Shown: piece after piece, positions 9,912 through 19,438 of the stretch
Layout: each line of letters starts with the position of its first letter
Position numbering within the stretch: the first letter of the stretch is position 1
Source of the DNA: an uncultured Peptococcaceae bacterium
GTDB lineage: Bacteria; Bacillota; Dehalobacteriia; UBA4068; UBA4997
Reading direction: 5' to 3'
Length of the DNA stretch: 64,000 nt
Assembly (NCBI GenBank): GCA_965149945.1
Contig: CBCTTQ010000001.1
Coordinates: 126,860-190,859 of the forward strand
Position numbers and translations under genes: made by a program
The notes under the pieces: model-generated
Database searches by the model: none
What the model saw: the letters and a program-made list of their open reading frames with translations, nothing else
Told to the model about the DNA's origin: nothing

Positions 9912-10796
9912 ATGAAATGGATGAAAAAAGAACAGACGGCGATCTCTTCCGAAGCCCGACAGAAAAAATCACCCCTCGCCAAACAGGGGCGGACGGAATC
10001 TTTGGCGTCGGAAACCGCTGTCTCGACTGTATCGACAGGCGCCGAACCGTCGGCGCGGACAGAAACCGATGAAACGGCGGAATCTGAAAGCGCGGCGGAA
10101 GAGCGGGGAAAGGACGCTTTTCAAAAAGCCTTTCGAGTGGCTTTCCCCAAAACCATTCCGGTTTTGACCGGATATTTAGCATTGGGTATCGCTTACGGGG
10201 TGTTGATGACTACCAAAGGATACGGGGTACAGTGGGCGGTTTTGGCAAGTATCCTGACGGTGGGCGGCAGTATTCAATATTTGGGTATTACCCTTCTGAC
10301 GACTGCTTTTGAGCCGGTGCAGGCGTTTTTGCTGAGTGTTTTGGTTAACGCCCGCCATCTGTTTTACGGTATTTCCATGTTGGAGCAATACAAGGGATTG
10401 GGCAAACTTCGTCCGTTTTTGATTTTTATGCTGACGGATGAGACATATTCTATTTGTTCCAGTCTGGCGCCGCCGCCCGGAATCAACCGTAAATATTTCT
10501 ACGGTATTATTTCGGTGATGGATTATTCCTATTGGATTCTCGGTACTTTTTTAGGCGGAGTGCTGGGCAGTTTCATTACTTTTGATACTACAGGCATGGA
10601 TTTTGTGCTGACAGGTCTTTTTGTGGTGCTCTTTTTGGAACAGATGAGCAGCGGTACCAAAGCTCTTTCCGGTCTCATCGGTTTGGTGTGTTCGGTGGTG
10701 GCGTTGACGCTGTTCGGCGGAGATCAAATGGTCATTGCCGCTATGGTTTTGATTTTGGCGGTTTTGTTGGCGGGGAGGAATCGATTATGCATTTGA
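9912..10796 (+). CDS. azlC: AzlC-family branched-chain amino acid transport protein with an unusual ~70-aa acidic, low-complexity N-terminal extension
   Basis: The AzlC core (PVLTGYLALGIAYGVLM...) follows a Ser/Thr/Glu-rich tail. An RBS GAGGGA lies 6 nt upstream of ATG 9912. The start is uncertain, with alternatives at 9867 and 9906. Confidence 0.7.
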   Translation: MKWMKKEQTAISSEARQKKSPLAKQGRTESLASETAVSTVSTGAEPSARTETDETAESESAAEERGKDAFQKAFRVAFPKTIPVLTGYLALGIAYGVLMTTKGYGVQWAVLASILTVGGSIQYLGITLLTTAFEPVQAFLLSVLVNARHLFYGISMLEQYKGLGKLRPFLIFMLTDETYSICSSLAPPPGINRKYFYGIISVMDYSYWILGTFLGGVLGSFITFDTTGMDFVLTGLFVVLFLEQMSSGTKALSGLIGLVCSVVALTLFGGDQMVIAAMVLILAVLLAGRNRLCI

Positions 10797-11122
10797 CAGC
10801 GACGCAAACGTTGGTAATGATTTTAGCCATGAGCCTGGGTACTGTTTTGACCAGATTTGTGCCTTTTTGGCTGTTTCCCCAAGGTAAAAAACAACCGGCA
10901 GTCATCATGTATCTGGGAAAAGCGCTGCCTCCCGCCATGATGGGGCTGCTTATTGTTTACTGTCTGAAAGATGTCTCCGTGATGACGGCGCCCTATGGTC
11001 TGCCGGAACTCATCGCCATTGTCGCAGTGGTGCTGCTTCATGTCTGGCGGCGAAATGTGTTGTTGAGTTTGGCGGTAGGTACGGGGCTGTATATGTTTCT
11101 GGTGCAGGCAGTGTTTGTTTAG
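10787..11122 (+). CDS. azlD: AzlD-family branched-chain amino acid transport protein
   Basis: A 111-aa protein with four predicted TM segments. An RBS GGGGAGGAA lies upstream, and the gene overlaps the azlC end by 10 nt. Confidence 0.75.
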   Translation: MHLTATQTLVMILAMSLGTVLTRFVPFWLFPQGKKQPAVIMYLGKALPPAMMGLLIVYCLKDVSVMTAPYGLPELIAIVAVVLLHVWRRNVLLSLAVGTGLYMFLVQAVFV

Positions 11123-11268
11123 AATATGGAGCCGGACACGCGCTTTCCCTGTCCCGATCAAAGAGAGCCGCCTTGTGAAAAGAAAAGTACGGAGCATGAC
11201 TGAGTTGAAAAAGGAAATAAAAAAGACCGCTTTTTGAGCGGTCTTTTTGGTTGTTATGATGAGAAATT

Positions 11269-12720
11269 TTATTCTTCAGGGCAAATGGATTTTACTTCTT
11301 TGCCTGCTTTTCTCAATTCGTTGATAGCATGTTTGCCGGCGATACCGGGAGAAGTCATGTTGATCGGATCCAAAATGATGTTCATTTCTTCTTCTGTAAC
11401 CAGACCTTTTTCCATGATCAGCTGACGAACGGGAGTGTCAGTGGCAACGGCTTCTTTTACAACCATGGAGGAGGGCAGATAACCGATATGAGGCAGCATA
11501 GCGGTCATGATGCCAAAGCTGTTGTTTACCAAATTGGCGCAGCGTTCTACATTGGCTTCGATGCCGACTACGCACAGTTCACGGAACAGACGCAGGGAGT
11601 TGGCCATGATTTTTTCGGATTCGAACAAAGCATAGCACATTACAGGTTCCATTACGTTCAGATCCATCTGACCGTTTTCTACTGCCAGGCTGGTGGTCAG
11701 GTCGTTACCGATTACACGGTAGCAAGTCTGGTTCAGCTGTTCAGCCATAACAGGGTTTACTTTACCGGGCATAATGGAAGATCCGGGCTGGCGGGCGGGC
11801 AGTTTAATTTCATACCAACCGCATTTCGGACCGGAAGCCATCAGGCGCAGGTCGTTGGCGATTTTAATCATAGCGAAGGCGTTTGTTTTCATCTGAGAGG
11901 ACAGTTCGCAAACTTCGTCGCACATCTGGGTGCCGTCTACCAAATCGGCAGAGCTTACCAGAGGCAGACCGGTTTTTTCCGCGGCGAACTGTACGCAACG
12001 GTCGATGTATTCGGGATCCGCGTTCAGACCGGTACCGACAGCAGTGGCGCCGGCGTTAATAGCGCAGAGTTTTTTCAGAGAAACTTCCAACCGTTCGATA
12101 CAACGACGGCAAACATTGGCATAGGCGTTGAATTCCTGACCCAGTGTGATGGGAACGGCGTCTTGCAAATGGGTACGGCCCATTTTGATGACGGTTTTGA
12201 ATTCTTCGGCTTTTTTGCGCAGAGCTTCTTCGGTTTTCGCGAATTCGTCGATCAAGGTTTTGCCCAGGAAGTTCGCGGTGATGTGAATGGCGCAGGGGAA
12301 AACGTCGTTGGTGGATTGACCCATGTTGGCATGGTCGTTAGGGCTGATGATGTCATAACGGCCTTTTTCATGACCCATGATTTCCAGCGCGCGGTTGCAG
12401 AGTACTTCGTTGATATTCATGTTGATGGAAGTACCGGCGCCGCCCTGAATGGGGTCGGTCACAAACTGATCGTTCCATTTGCCGTCGATGATTTCATCGG
12501 CAGCTTGCAGCAAAGCGTTCCCGATGTCTTCCGGCATACGTCCGGTGGACATGTTGGCTTTTACGGTCGCCCATTTGTAGCAACCCAATGCTTTGATCAT
12601 TTCGGGGCAGATAACCTGACCGGTAATTTGGAAGTTGGTCAGCGCTCTGGTGGTTTGCACACCATAATAAACATCGTCTTGAATCTCTAATTCGCCTAAA
12701 AAGTCATGTTCTTTACGCAT
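11269..12720 (-). CDS. aspA: aspartate ammonia-lyase
   Basis: Contains the GSSIMPGKVNPV signature and QSTNDVFP. Recalled E. coli AspA and FumC sequence places it closer to AspA than to fumarase. An RBS GGAGGTG lies upstream. Confidence 0.8.
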   Translation of the reverse strand: MRKEHDFLGELEIQDDVYYGVQTTRALTNFQITGQVICPEMIKALGCYKWATVKANMSTGRMPEDIGNALLQAADEIIDGKWNDQFVTDPIQGGAGTSINMNINEVLCNRALEIMGHEKGRYDIISPNDHANMGQSTNDVFPCAIHITANFLGKTLIDEFAKTEEALRKKAEEFKTVIKMGRTHLQDAVPITLGQEFNAYANVCRRCIERLEVSLKKLCAINAGATAVGTGLNADPEYIDRCVQFAAEKTGLPLVSSADLVDGTQMCDEVCELSSQMKTNAFAMIKIANDLRLMASGPKCGWYEIKLPARQPGSSIMPGKVNPVMAEQLNQTCYRVIGNDLTTSLAVENGQMDLNVMEPVMCYALFESEKIMANSLRLFRELCVVGIEANVERCANLVNNSFGIMTAMLPHIGYLPSSMVVKEAVATDTPVRQLIMEKGLVTEEEMNIILDPINMTSPGIAGKHAINELRKAGKEVKSICPEE

Positions 12721-13289
12721 TGAAAAAACACCTCCGATAAATTTACTATTAATAGGATTTTTGGCATTTTGCCAAATGCCGCACTATTAATCTAACATGC
12801 TAATTATAGCACACCGTTTCGGCAAGTACAATATCTAATGCAAAAAAATACCAAAAGTCCTGCTATAGGTTGGTTTTTGGGGATTGCTTTTTTGGAGGAA
12901 AAGGACGAAAATACAACAAAGTTATCAGAAAATTATGAATAGGATTTTGGGTTTTTATCTTGATTGGACAAGGAACTGTGAAAATTTTTTGGAAATTGCC
13001 GCGATCCTTGTTCCCATGGGCTTTTGGCCGATCAGTATAGGGAAAATCTCTGTTTCTGATCCGCGTCGTTTGGGGAGGATGGGGCGGGTTTGTTTTTTCC
13101 CTTTTTTCGGAAATTCTTTCGGAAGTTTGAGAAAACGGCGTCGCAGCGGAAAGGATTTGCCCGAGACGGCAGTGGTTTGGGTCTTGTTGAAGAGGTCCCG
13201 ACGGGTAAAAGAAAAAAGCGGTTTCGGTCGGCATGTCGCGGAAGAGGTCCGCGCGGGTGAGAAAACGGGCGGGGAAAGGACCCGCGGGA

Positions 13290-13318
13290 TTGCAATGAAA
13301 AAAAAAGTATAGTATAAT
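13290..13318 (+). promoter_or_regulatory. sigma-A promoter (TTGCAA-17-TATAAT) for the HD-GYP gene
   Basis: Hexamers lie at 13290 and 13313. A long 660-bp divergent intergenic region lies upstream. Confidence 0.5.
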
Positions 13319-13382
13319 GAAGAAGCATTGACGGATGCCCTAAAGGGAACCCGATGAAAGAACATAAAGAGGTGTTTGTGGT

Positions 13383-14300
13383 ATGAAGCAAGTATCCCCG
13401 CTGATTTCCGGGGTTTTGATTGCGGTGATTTTTTGGCTCCTTGACAGTATTATGCTGAGTTATACTCTTGCCGATCCGACGCTGATGGGCGTATTGTTTA
13501 CGCAGGCGCCTATTGTGCGGTTGTCGTATCGACTGCTGTTTTTGCTTATCTGTGTGTTCATCGGAGGCTATCGCAGCTATCGTCGTATCATGAATTTTGA
13601 CAGCATTTTTGATCAAGAAGACAAACAAAAAAATGTGCGGGACAGCATTCGCAACAAATATTTAAAACGGGTGAAGGTGGAAACGGTTCATGTAGGCCAT
13701 GAAACCATTGAGCGTCTTTGCGCCGAAGACGACGCGCGTATTGAAAATGTTAACAAGCGCCGTCCGCCCAAACGGGAAAGTTTCCTTTTACGGGATGTGT
13801 CGGAACGCAATCGCCAGACTTGGGAATATTGCAGTGTGCTGGGGGTAAAAATCGGCCTTTCGGTGCGTGATCTCAGCAAATTGAATACCCTGTGTTATTG
13901 TCATGATATGGGTAATTGGGATGATGAAGCCAATCATATTGAACGAGGGGTGAAAATTGCCGAAGAAATCCCCGAATATCGACGGCTGGCCTTTGCCATT
14001 AAATTTCATCATGAGCGCTATGACGGCAAGGGACCCTATGGTTTGAAGGGAAAGCGCATCCCGATCATCTGCCGGGTTTTCGCGGTGGCGAATAAATTTT
14101 ATGAGTTGACCGATCCGGAAAAAGAAAACGCCTTAGATCGCAAAAAAGCCTTGGCCGCCCTGATGGATTACAGCGGCACTTTGTTGGATCCGGAGTTGGT
14201 GTTGGTGTTTATTTCCACGGTGGATAACGCCAACGCCCGGCCTGCCTCGGATGAGCTGCTGACCAGTCGTTTCGGCGGCGGACTGTCTTTGCCTGATTGA
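13383..14300 (+). CDS. membrane-anchored HD-GYP-like HD-domain protein (putative c-di-GMP phosphodiesterase family)
   Basis: Two N-terminal TM segments are followed by an HD-domain motif, HHERYDGKGPYGLKG (a GYP-like variant). An RBS AGAGGTG lies upstream. Confidence 0.6.
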   Translation: MKQVSPLISGVLIAVIFWLLDSIMLSYTLADPTLMGVLFTQAPIVRLSYRLLFLLICVFIGGYRSYRRIMNFDSIFDQEDKQKNVRDSIRNKYLKRVKVETVHVGHETIERLCAEDDARIENVNKRRPPKRESFLLRDVSERNRQTWEYCSVLGVKIGLSVRDLSKLNTLCYCHDMGNWDDEANHIERGVKIAEEIPEYRRLAFAIKFHHERYDGKGPYGLKGKRIPIICRVFAVANKFYELTDPEKENALDRKKALAALMDYSGTLLDPELVLVFISTVDNANARPASDELLTSRFGGGLSLPD

Positions 14301-14497
14301 GAATCCTGCAGGCGGCGTTGTCTCCCGCCGGTGAGAAATTCCCTCTGTCCCGTTTTTCCGGTATTCCGCGAAGGGGAAGGGTTCCCGAAAGATCGCCGAT
14401 TGACGGAAGCGTGCGCGGGATAAACAGAGAATCCGCGGAAAACAGGGAAAACAAAACGGTCTTGAGCAGGCTGTGTATTGAAAAAGAAAGAGTGTAC

Positions 14498-14538
14498 GAA
14501 TCATAAAACGCGCCCCCCTGGGGCGCGTTTTATGATTC
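14498..14538. terminator. bidirectional Rho-independent terminator (18-bp stem) between convergent HD-GYP and thiI
   Basis: aatcataaaacgcgcccc-cct-ggggcgcgttttatgatt. Confidence 0.8.
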
Positions 14539-14542
14539 GGTA

Positions 14543-15742
14543 TTACATATGCGGGTTTTCCACCCAGATATCCATAACTTCCGTGTGATTCAGAGCGTCT
14601 TCAATCAATCCTTCCACATCCAGCGCCGCCTCCTGTTTGCGGGCTTCTTCCACTTTGGGACGGATTTTGGGATGTTTCGGCAGGAATACGGTACAGCAAT
14701 CTTCATAGGGACGAATGGAAGTGGTGTAGGTGCCGATTTTTTGCGCCAGCGCCATGATTTCTTCCTTATCCATGCCTACCAGCGGTCGCAGCACCGGCAT
14801 ATTGGTCACTTCATTGATGCAGTAGATGCTCTCCAGCGTTTGGCTGGCCACCTGGCCGACACTCTCCCCGGTATAAATGGCCAATCCTCCCTGTTGGCGG
14901 GCGATACGTTCGGCAATGCGGAACATAAAACGCCGCATAATGGTGATGCCGTAATCTTCCCGGCAATGTTCATGGATGGCTTTTTGAATTTCGGTGAAAT
15001 GAACGCAGTGCAAGCGGATGGGGCCGTTGTTCCAACGGGAAAGCCCCATGCAGAGGTCGATGACTTTTTCTTTGGCGCGTTCGCTGGTGAAGGGATAGCT
15101 TTCAAAATGCACCGCGTCCACCACGACCCCTCGCTTCATGGCCATCCATGTGGCCACGGGGCTGTCAATGCCGCCGGACAACATTACCACGGCGTGTCCG
15201 CCGGTACCTACGGGCATTCCTTTGGCGCCGGGGATTACTTCGCTGTATAAATAGGCGGCTTCGTCCCGCACTTCCACATTGACTACTGTCTGAGGGTAAT
15301 ACATGTTGGCTTCATAGGCTTCGCCGCAGCGGCTGAAAATGTAGCCCGCCACATGTTTGCTGATTTCGGGAGAGGTGAGAGGAAAGGTTTTGTCGGAACG
15401 ACGGCTTTCCACCTTGAAGGAGCCGCCGCCGGGCAGCGCGTCTTGCAGCACTTGCCAGGCAGCTTCTTTGATTTTATCCATATCTTTTTCACATTCGATG
15501 ACCGGGCAGATGGCGTAAATGCCGAATACTCGTTCCAGTCGATCCAGTACTTCCACCGAATCGCAGCCGGCCGGTACCAGCAGCCGTCCCCAGTTGTTGA
15601 TGACTTTGCGGGGGCTGCAGGGCTCCACGGCTTTTTCGATATTTTTAATCAGTTTGTTGAGAAACTGTTGTTTGTTTTTGCCTTTCAGTCCCAGTTCCCC
15701 GTATTTTACCATTAAATATTTATATTGTCTCATATCGCGCAC
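14543..15742 (-). CDS. thiI: tRNA 4-thiouridine(8) synthase ThiI
   Basis: The THUMP domain and PP-loop ATPase order, including SGGIDSPVA, identify ThiI. It is operonic downstream of iscS. Confidence 0.85.
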   Translation of the reverse strand: MRDMRQYKYLMVKYGELGLKGKNKQQFLNKLIKNIEKAVEPCSPRKVINNWGRLLVPAGCDSVEVLDRLERVFGIYAICPVIECEKDMDKIKEAAWQVLQDALPGGGSFKVESRRSDKTFPLTSPEISKHVAGYIFSRCGEAYEANMYYPQTVVNVEVRDEAAYLYSEVIPGAKGMPVGTGGHAVVMLSGGIDSPVATWMAMKRGVVVDAVHFESYPFTSERAKEKVIDLCMGLSRWNNGPIRLHCVHFTEIQKAIHEHCREDYGITIMRRFMFRIAERIARQQGGLAIYTGESVGQVASQTLESIYCINEVTNMPVLRPLVGMDKEEIMALAQKIGTYTTSIRPYEDCCTVFLPKHPKIRPKVEEARKQEAALDVEGLIEDALNHTEVMDIWVENPHM

Positions 15743-15751
15743 CTCTTCCCG

Positions 15752-16918
15752 TTATTGTTGTTTGGTTGTTCCTAAAATCCGTCGCAGTTCTTGGACGGAG
15801 CGGATGACGATTGCCGCTGCTTGTTCGGCTTCCGCCACGGTGTTTGTCGGAGAAAAACTGAACCGCAGCGAACCTTCGATGGCTTCTCTGCTCAGTCCCA
15901 TGGCGGTGAGGACAGGACTCAGCGTATCTTTTTTGGCGGCGCAGGCCGACCCGCTGCTTACCAGCAGTCCCGCTGTTTCCAGGGTGTGAAGGAGTACCTC
16001 GCTTTTTACACCGCCGAAACAGATGTTCAGCACATGAGGCAGCCCCGCTGTCGCGGGACCGTTGATTTGCCAGTCGGACAGGGGCTCCAGCCCTCGCAAA
16101 AAGGTGTCGCGCACCGCCTGTACCTGCTTTCGGTTGGCGTCCAGCCGCGCCATGGCTTTTTGAGCGGCCAGCCCTAAGCCGACAATGCCGGGCAGATTTT
16201 CCGTACCGCTGCGCAGGTTTTGCTCTTGTCCGCCGCCGCCGAACAGGGGTGTCAGCCGCACCCCTCTGTTGACATAAAGAAACCCGATGCCTTTGGGGGC
16301 ATGAATTTTGTGACCGCTGGCGGAAAAAACATCAATCCCCAGGGCTTTGGGTTTCAGGTTTAATTTGCCGAATCCCTGTACGCCGTCCACATGGAAAAAA
16401 ATTCGCTGCTTTTGGCGGCGCAGGATTTTGCTGATGGCGTCTACAGGCAAAATACTGCCTACTTCATTATTAACCAGCATCAAGCTGACCAGAATGGTGT
16501 CCGCTGTCAGCGCCTGCTCTACAGCGGTCGGCGAGACGGTGCCTTCCTTATCCACCGGCAAAACCGTCACTTGAAATCCTTGCTCCCGCAAAAGGCGGCA
16601 GGTGTTGAGGACTGCCGGGTGTTCTGTGGCGGCGGTGATGATGTGGCGCCCTCTTTTGCGATAAGCGTGGGCAATGCCCTGGAGGGCCAGGTTATCCCCT
16701 TCGGTGCCGCCGGAGGTGAAAAAAATTTCTTCCGCTTCGACGCCTAGGGAGACCGCTACCTGACGGCGGGCGGTTTTCAATAATTTTTCCGCTTCCATTC
16801 CTTTTTTGTGCAAAGAGGAAGGATTGCCGTAGGCTTTGGTCATTACCTGATAAACCAGATCCGCCACTTCGGGGTCCACACGGGTGGTAGCGCTGTTATC
16901 AAAATAAATCTCCTGCAT
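15752..16918 (-). CDS. iscS: cysteine desulfurase (NifS/IscS family)
   Basis: A class-V PLP enzyme with the SASGHKIHAPKG lysine motif. The iscS-thiI pairing is typical of Clostridia. Confidence 0.85.
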   Translation of the reverse strand: MQEIYFDNSATTRVDPEVADLVYQVMTKAYGNPSSLHKKGMEAEKLLKTARRQVAVSLGVEAEEIFFTSGGTEGDNLALQGIAHAYRKRGRHIITAATEHPAVLNTCRLLREQGFQVTVLPVDKEGTVSPTAVEQALTADTILVSLMLVNNEVGSILPVDAISKILRRQKQRIFFHVDGVQGFGKLNLKPKALGIDVFSASGHKIHAPKGIGFLYVNRGVRLTPLFGGGGQEQNLRSGTENLPGIVGLGLAAQKAMARLDANRKQVQAVRDTFLRGLEPLSDWQINGPATAGLPHVLNICFGGVKSEVLLHTLETAGLLVSSGSACAAKKDTLSPVLTAMGLSREAIEGSLRFSFSPTNTVAEAEQAAAIVIRSVQELRRILGTTKQQ

Positions 16919-16975
16919 CTTTGTTCACTCCAATTTTCGTGTTTTTTATCTGAATTTATTTTACAGGCGTTGAGA

Positions 16976-17008
16976 AAGGCTGCCCCGCGGGCAGCCGCGT
17001 CATTTTTT
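16976..17008. promoter_or_regulatory. GC-rich hairpin with T tract in the iscS 5' region
   Basis: ggctgccc-cgc-gggcagcc is followed by GCGTCATTTTTT. It lies about 60 nt upstream of the iscS start on the opposite strand. Function unknown. Confidence 0.3.
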
Positions 17009-17359
17009 GATTGTCTTTTTCTATTATAGCATAAAAAACGCGGAGAACCAACGGCTGGGGAGAAAATCCCCGTCCGCGATTGCGGAAATCCTACCGGGCG
17101 GCGGGGGATTGAAAATTCGGAACCGTCGCGAAATTATTCGAAAAAGAGAGAGGATCGCGGGAGAGTAACAGCGGCAGAGGGGAAGGATTCGCGTTTCAGA
17201 ATCTTTTCCGCTTAGAGGGGAAGAATTCGGGGGGGTTGCTTTTTTAGAGGATTTGATAATCACCGAAGCGATTTCTTTGCTTTTTTGGGAGAATTCTTCC
17301 GGGAAAGCGGATGGCCCATCTGTTGCTTTAACGCATTAAAATATTATAGCTTTAAAGTA

Positions 17360-17388
17360 TTGACATTTCGAAAAGAATCCTTTATACT
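17360..17388 (+). promoter_or_regulatory. sigma-A promoter (TTGACA-17-TATACT) with a TTTAAAGT upstream element, nearly identical to the promoter at 20957
   Basis: See findings. Confidence 0.6.
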
Positions 17389-17468
17389 AAAAGCAGAAGC
17401 GGAAGAAAATTTTTCTTCCGCGGCGAAGAACCCCGCGGCGGCGCCGCGGAATGAAAGGAGACGGTATT

Positions 17469-17741
17469 ATGAGAAAGAGAACCATGCTATTGAAATTGGC
17501 GAACTATGACATTGAAAAATTGTTTGAAAACTATTGTAAATATTATTGTCAGGTTTACAATGACAATCAATTTATGCATATGGTAAAATGGCGGGAAAAA
17601 ATTAATGATGTGGTTGCTTTTCTGAAAGAAGAGTTGGGCAATGACTGCCTGAGCAATTTAGAAGCATATGATTATGCGCCGGAAACCAAAGAGCACATTC
17701 ACAATATCGCTTCTGTTTATGAAATTGTGAACCGCTCTTAA
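17469..17741 (+). CDS. hypothetical small protein (90 aa)
   Basis: The ORF has an RBS GAAAGGAGACGG and a strong promoter. No recognisable motif. Confidence 0.5.
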   Translation: MRKRTMLLKLANYDIEKLFENYCKYYCQVYNDNQFMHMVKWREKINDVVAFLKEELGNDCLSNLEAYDYAPETKEHIHNIASVYEIVNRS

Positions 17742-17986
17742 GGTGAAGTCGATTACTTCTCTCTTTCGGGAAGAAGAACAACCGAAAGAGAGTATGAGTA
17801 CGGGGCGTTCGTTTTTCGGTATCATTCTTTCTTTATTCGGAGCGTCCGCGGCTGAGAAAAGGCATCCCCTCCACAGGAAAAATAAACCAAAGAGGCATTC
17901 TTCTTTGGTTCTATCATAAATTTGCACGCGATACATTTTTAATAAACGGGAAGGGATTTCTTCCTGCGAATTTCTCAAATTTCACA

Positions 17987-18020
17987 AAAGGAGACGCGCT
18001 GACGGCGCGTCTCCTTTTTA
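17987..18020. terminator. bidirectional Rho-independent terminator
   Basis: aaaggagacgcgc-tgac-ggcgcgtctccttttt. Confidence 0.8.
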
Positions 18021-18314
18021 TCTGTTTCGTTTTATACTTTTTCCGACTGTTTTTTTTGATTGATGTTTGGATTCAGCGTGTTCTTTTATGAAGAAAAAAG
18101 GGAAAGAATAATGACCGAAGCTCGTAACATTTTCATTGGATGGTGTTTGTTGGACAGAGACCGCGCGCGATGAAAAACAGCGAATCTCTCGAAAACAGGA
18201 TGATTGAGGTGAGGCGGGTCTTTTTGGCAAAAGCGGGATTTCAGCGGAAAATAAACGCCCGGATTTCACTTTTCAGTGAAATCCGGGCGTAGGGTTTCTT
18301 GTCAGCAAGAGATT

Positions 18315-19340
18315 TTACAGATGATATTCCATCGGGTAAGTGAGATAGCAATGGGGTTCTAACTGGTCACAGGTAACATATCCGGCGGGCGCGGTCAAAA
18401 GACTGGGGATGCGGTTGACTACAGTAGCGCAGGTATGTTCTACCGTAGCGGGTTTTACCACATGGAATTCGGTATTCGGTTCACCGGTAATCCACCAATC
18501 GCACATATCGCCGTCTTCGGGACCGTATACTTTGCCGATGGTTTCCTCTTCGATCGTGATGCCTTGCATGGTTTCGATGGTCACCACCGCGGACATGCCG
18601 ATGCAGTTGCCGGCGGGAATGGTTTTGCCCAAGGTGGAACTGTATACATCATGGTCGACAATATACGGTACATGTTTTTGCGTCATGGATTTGATGGTCA
18701 GACCCAGTTTGCTGCAGATGGCTTCGCTGGCGTTCCATGCGTAGGATGGCTCAAAATCAGCGGGATGGGCGATTTTTTGTTCAAATTCTTCGGGCGTCAG
18801 GTCACAGCCATGGGCGTTGGCCAAAGCGAGACCGTAATCTTCTACGTTATAGCTGTAGGCGCCTTTGATTTTTTCGATTTTATTGCAGCCGCTGGCTACC
18901 ATGGCGACCATATTGATCCAGAAGATATCCTGCATGCCGGATCCGGTGATGGTGCAATTATTTTCTTTTGCCAGCGCGTCCAGACGGTTGATTTGCGCCG
19001 CGGAAGTTGTCCACGGATAAATGGCTTCTTCGCAGGTCGTAATCACATTGATGCCGCGGGAAACACATTTTTCCACTTGATCGTAAATATCTCCGATAAA
19101 GCTGAACAGGGTGACAATGGCTACATCCGCGTCACATTCATCCAGCACTTTATCCGCGTCATCGGAAATGATCACACCGGTTTTCAATCCCAGTTCGGCG
19201 TAATCGCCTACATCCATTCCTACTACCTGAGGATTGACATCGATGGCGCCCACAATCTGAGCTCCGTGTTCATATAAATACCGAAGGGTGTATTTTGCCA
19301 TTTTACCGCAACCATACTGAACCACTTTAATCTTTTCCAT
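18315..19340 (-). CDS. DapB-like NAD(P)-binding oxidoreductase (2,4-diaminopentanoate dehydrogenase / native amine dehydrogenase family)
   Basis: The N-terminus [15 protein letters not shown] is a Rossmann GxGxxG motif, and the protein is ~340 aa as in Ord/KDD/nat-AmDH enzymes. An RBS AGGAGG lies upstream. Confidence 0.5.
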   Translation of the reverse strand: MEKIKVVQYGCGKMAKYTLRYLYEHGAQIVGAIDVNPQVVGMDVGDYAELGLKTGVIISDDADKVLDECDADVAIVTLFSFIGDIYDQVEKCVSRGINVITTCEEAIYPWTTSAAQINRLDALAKENNCTITGSGMQDIFWINMVAMVASGCNKIEKIKGAYSYNVEDYGLALANAHGCDLTPEEFEQKIAHPADFEPSYAWNASEAICSKLGLTIKSMTQKHVPYIVDHDVYSSTLGKTIPAGNCIGMSAVVTIETMQGITIEEETIGKVYGPEDGDMCDWWITGEPNTEFHVVKPATVEHTCATVVNRIPSLLTAPAGYVTCDQLEPHCYLTYPMEYHL

Positions 19341-19438
19341 ATTGATTCCTCCTTGACATTATTGTTTTGAATAACGTTTCAGTGAAGCGATAGGAAAAAA
19401 GATGTCTCTTTTCATATCCGTAACTTTAGTATAAACCC

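Noticed and set aside
11329-12690. 453-aa ORF on the plus strand antisense to aspA
   Set aside because: Repetitive Gly/Val/Phe-rich translation typical of an antisense frame in a GC-biased gene. aspA on the opposite strand is intact, has an RBS and has strong homology.
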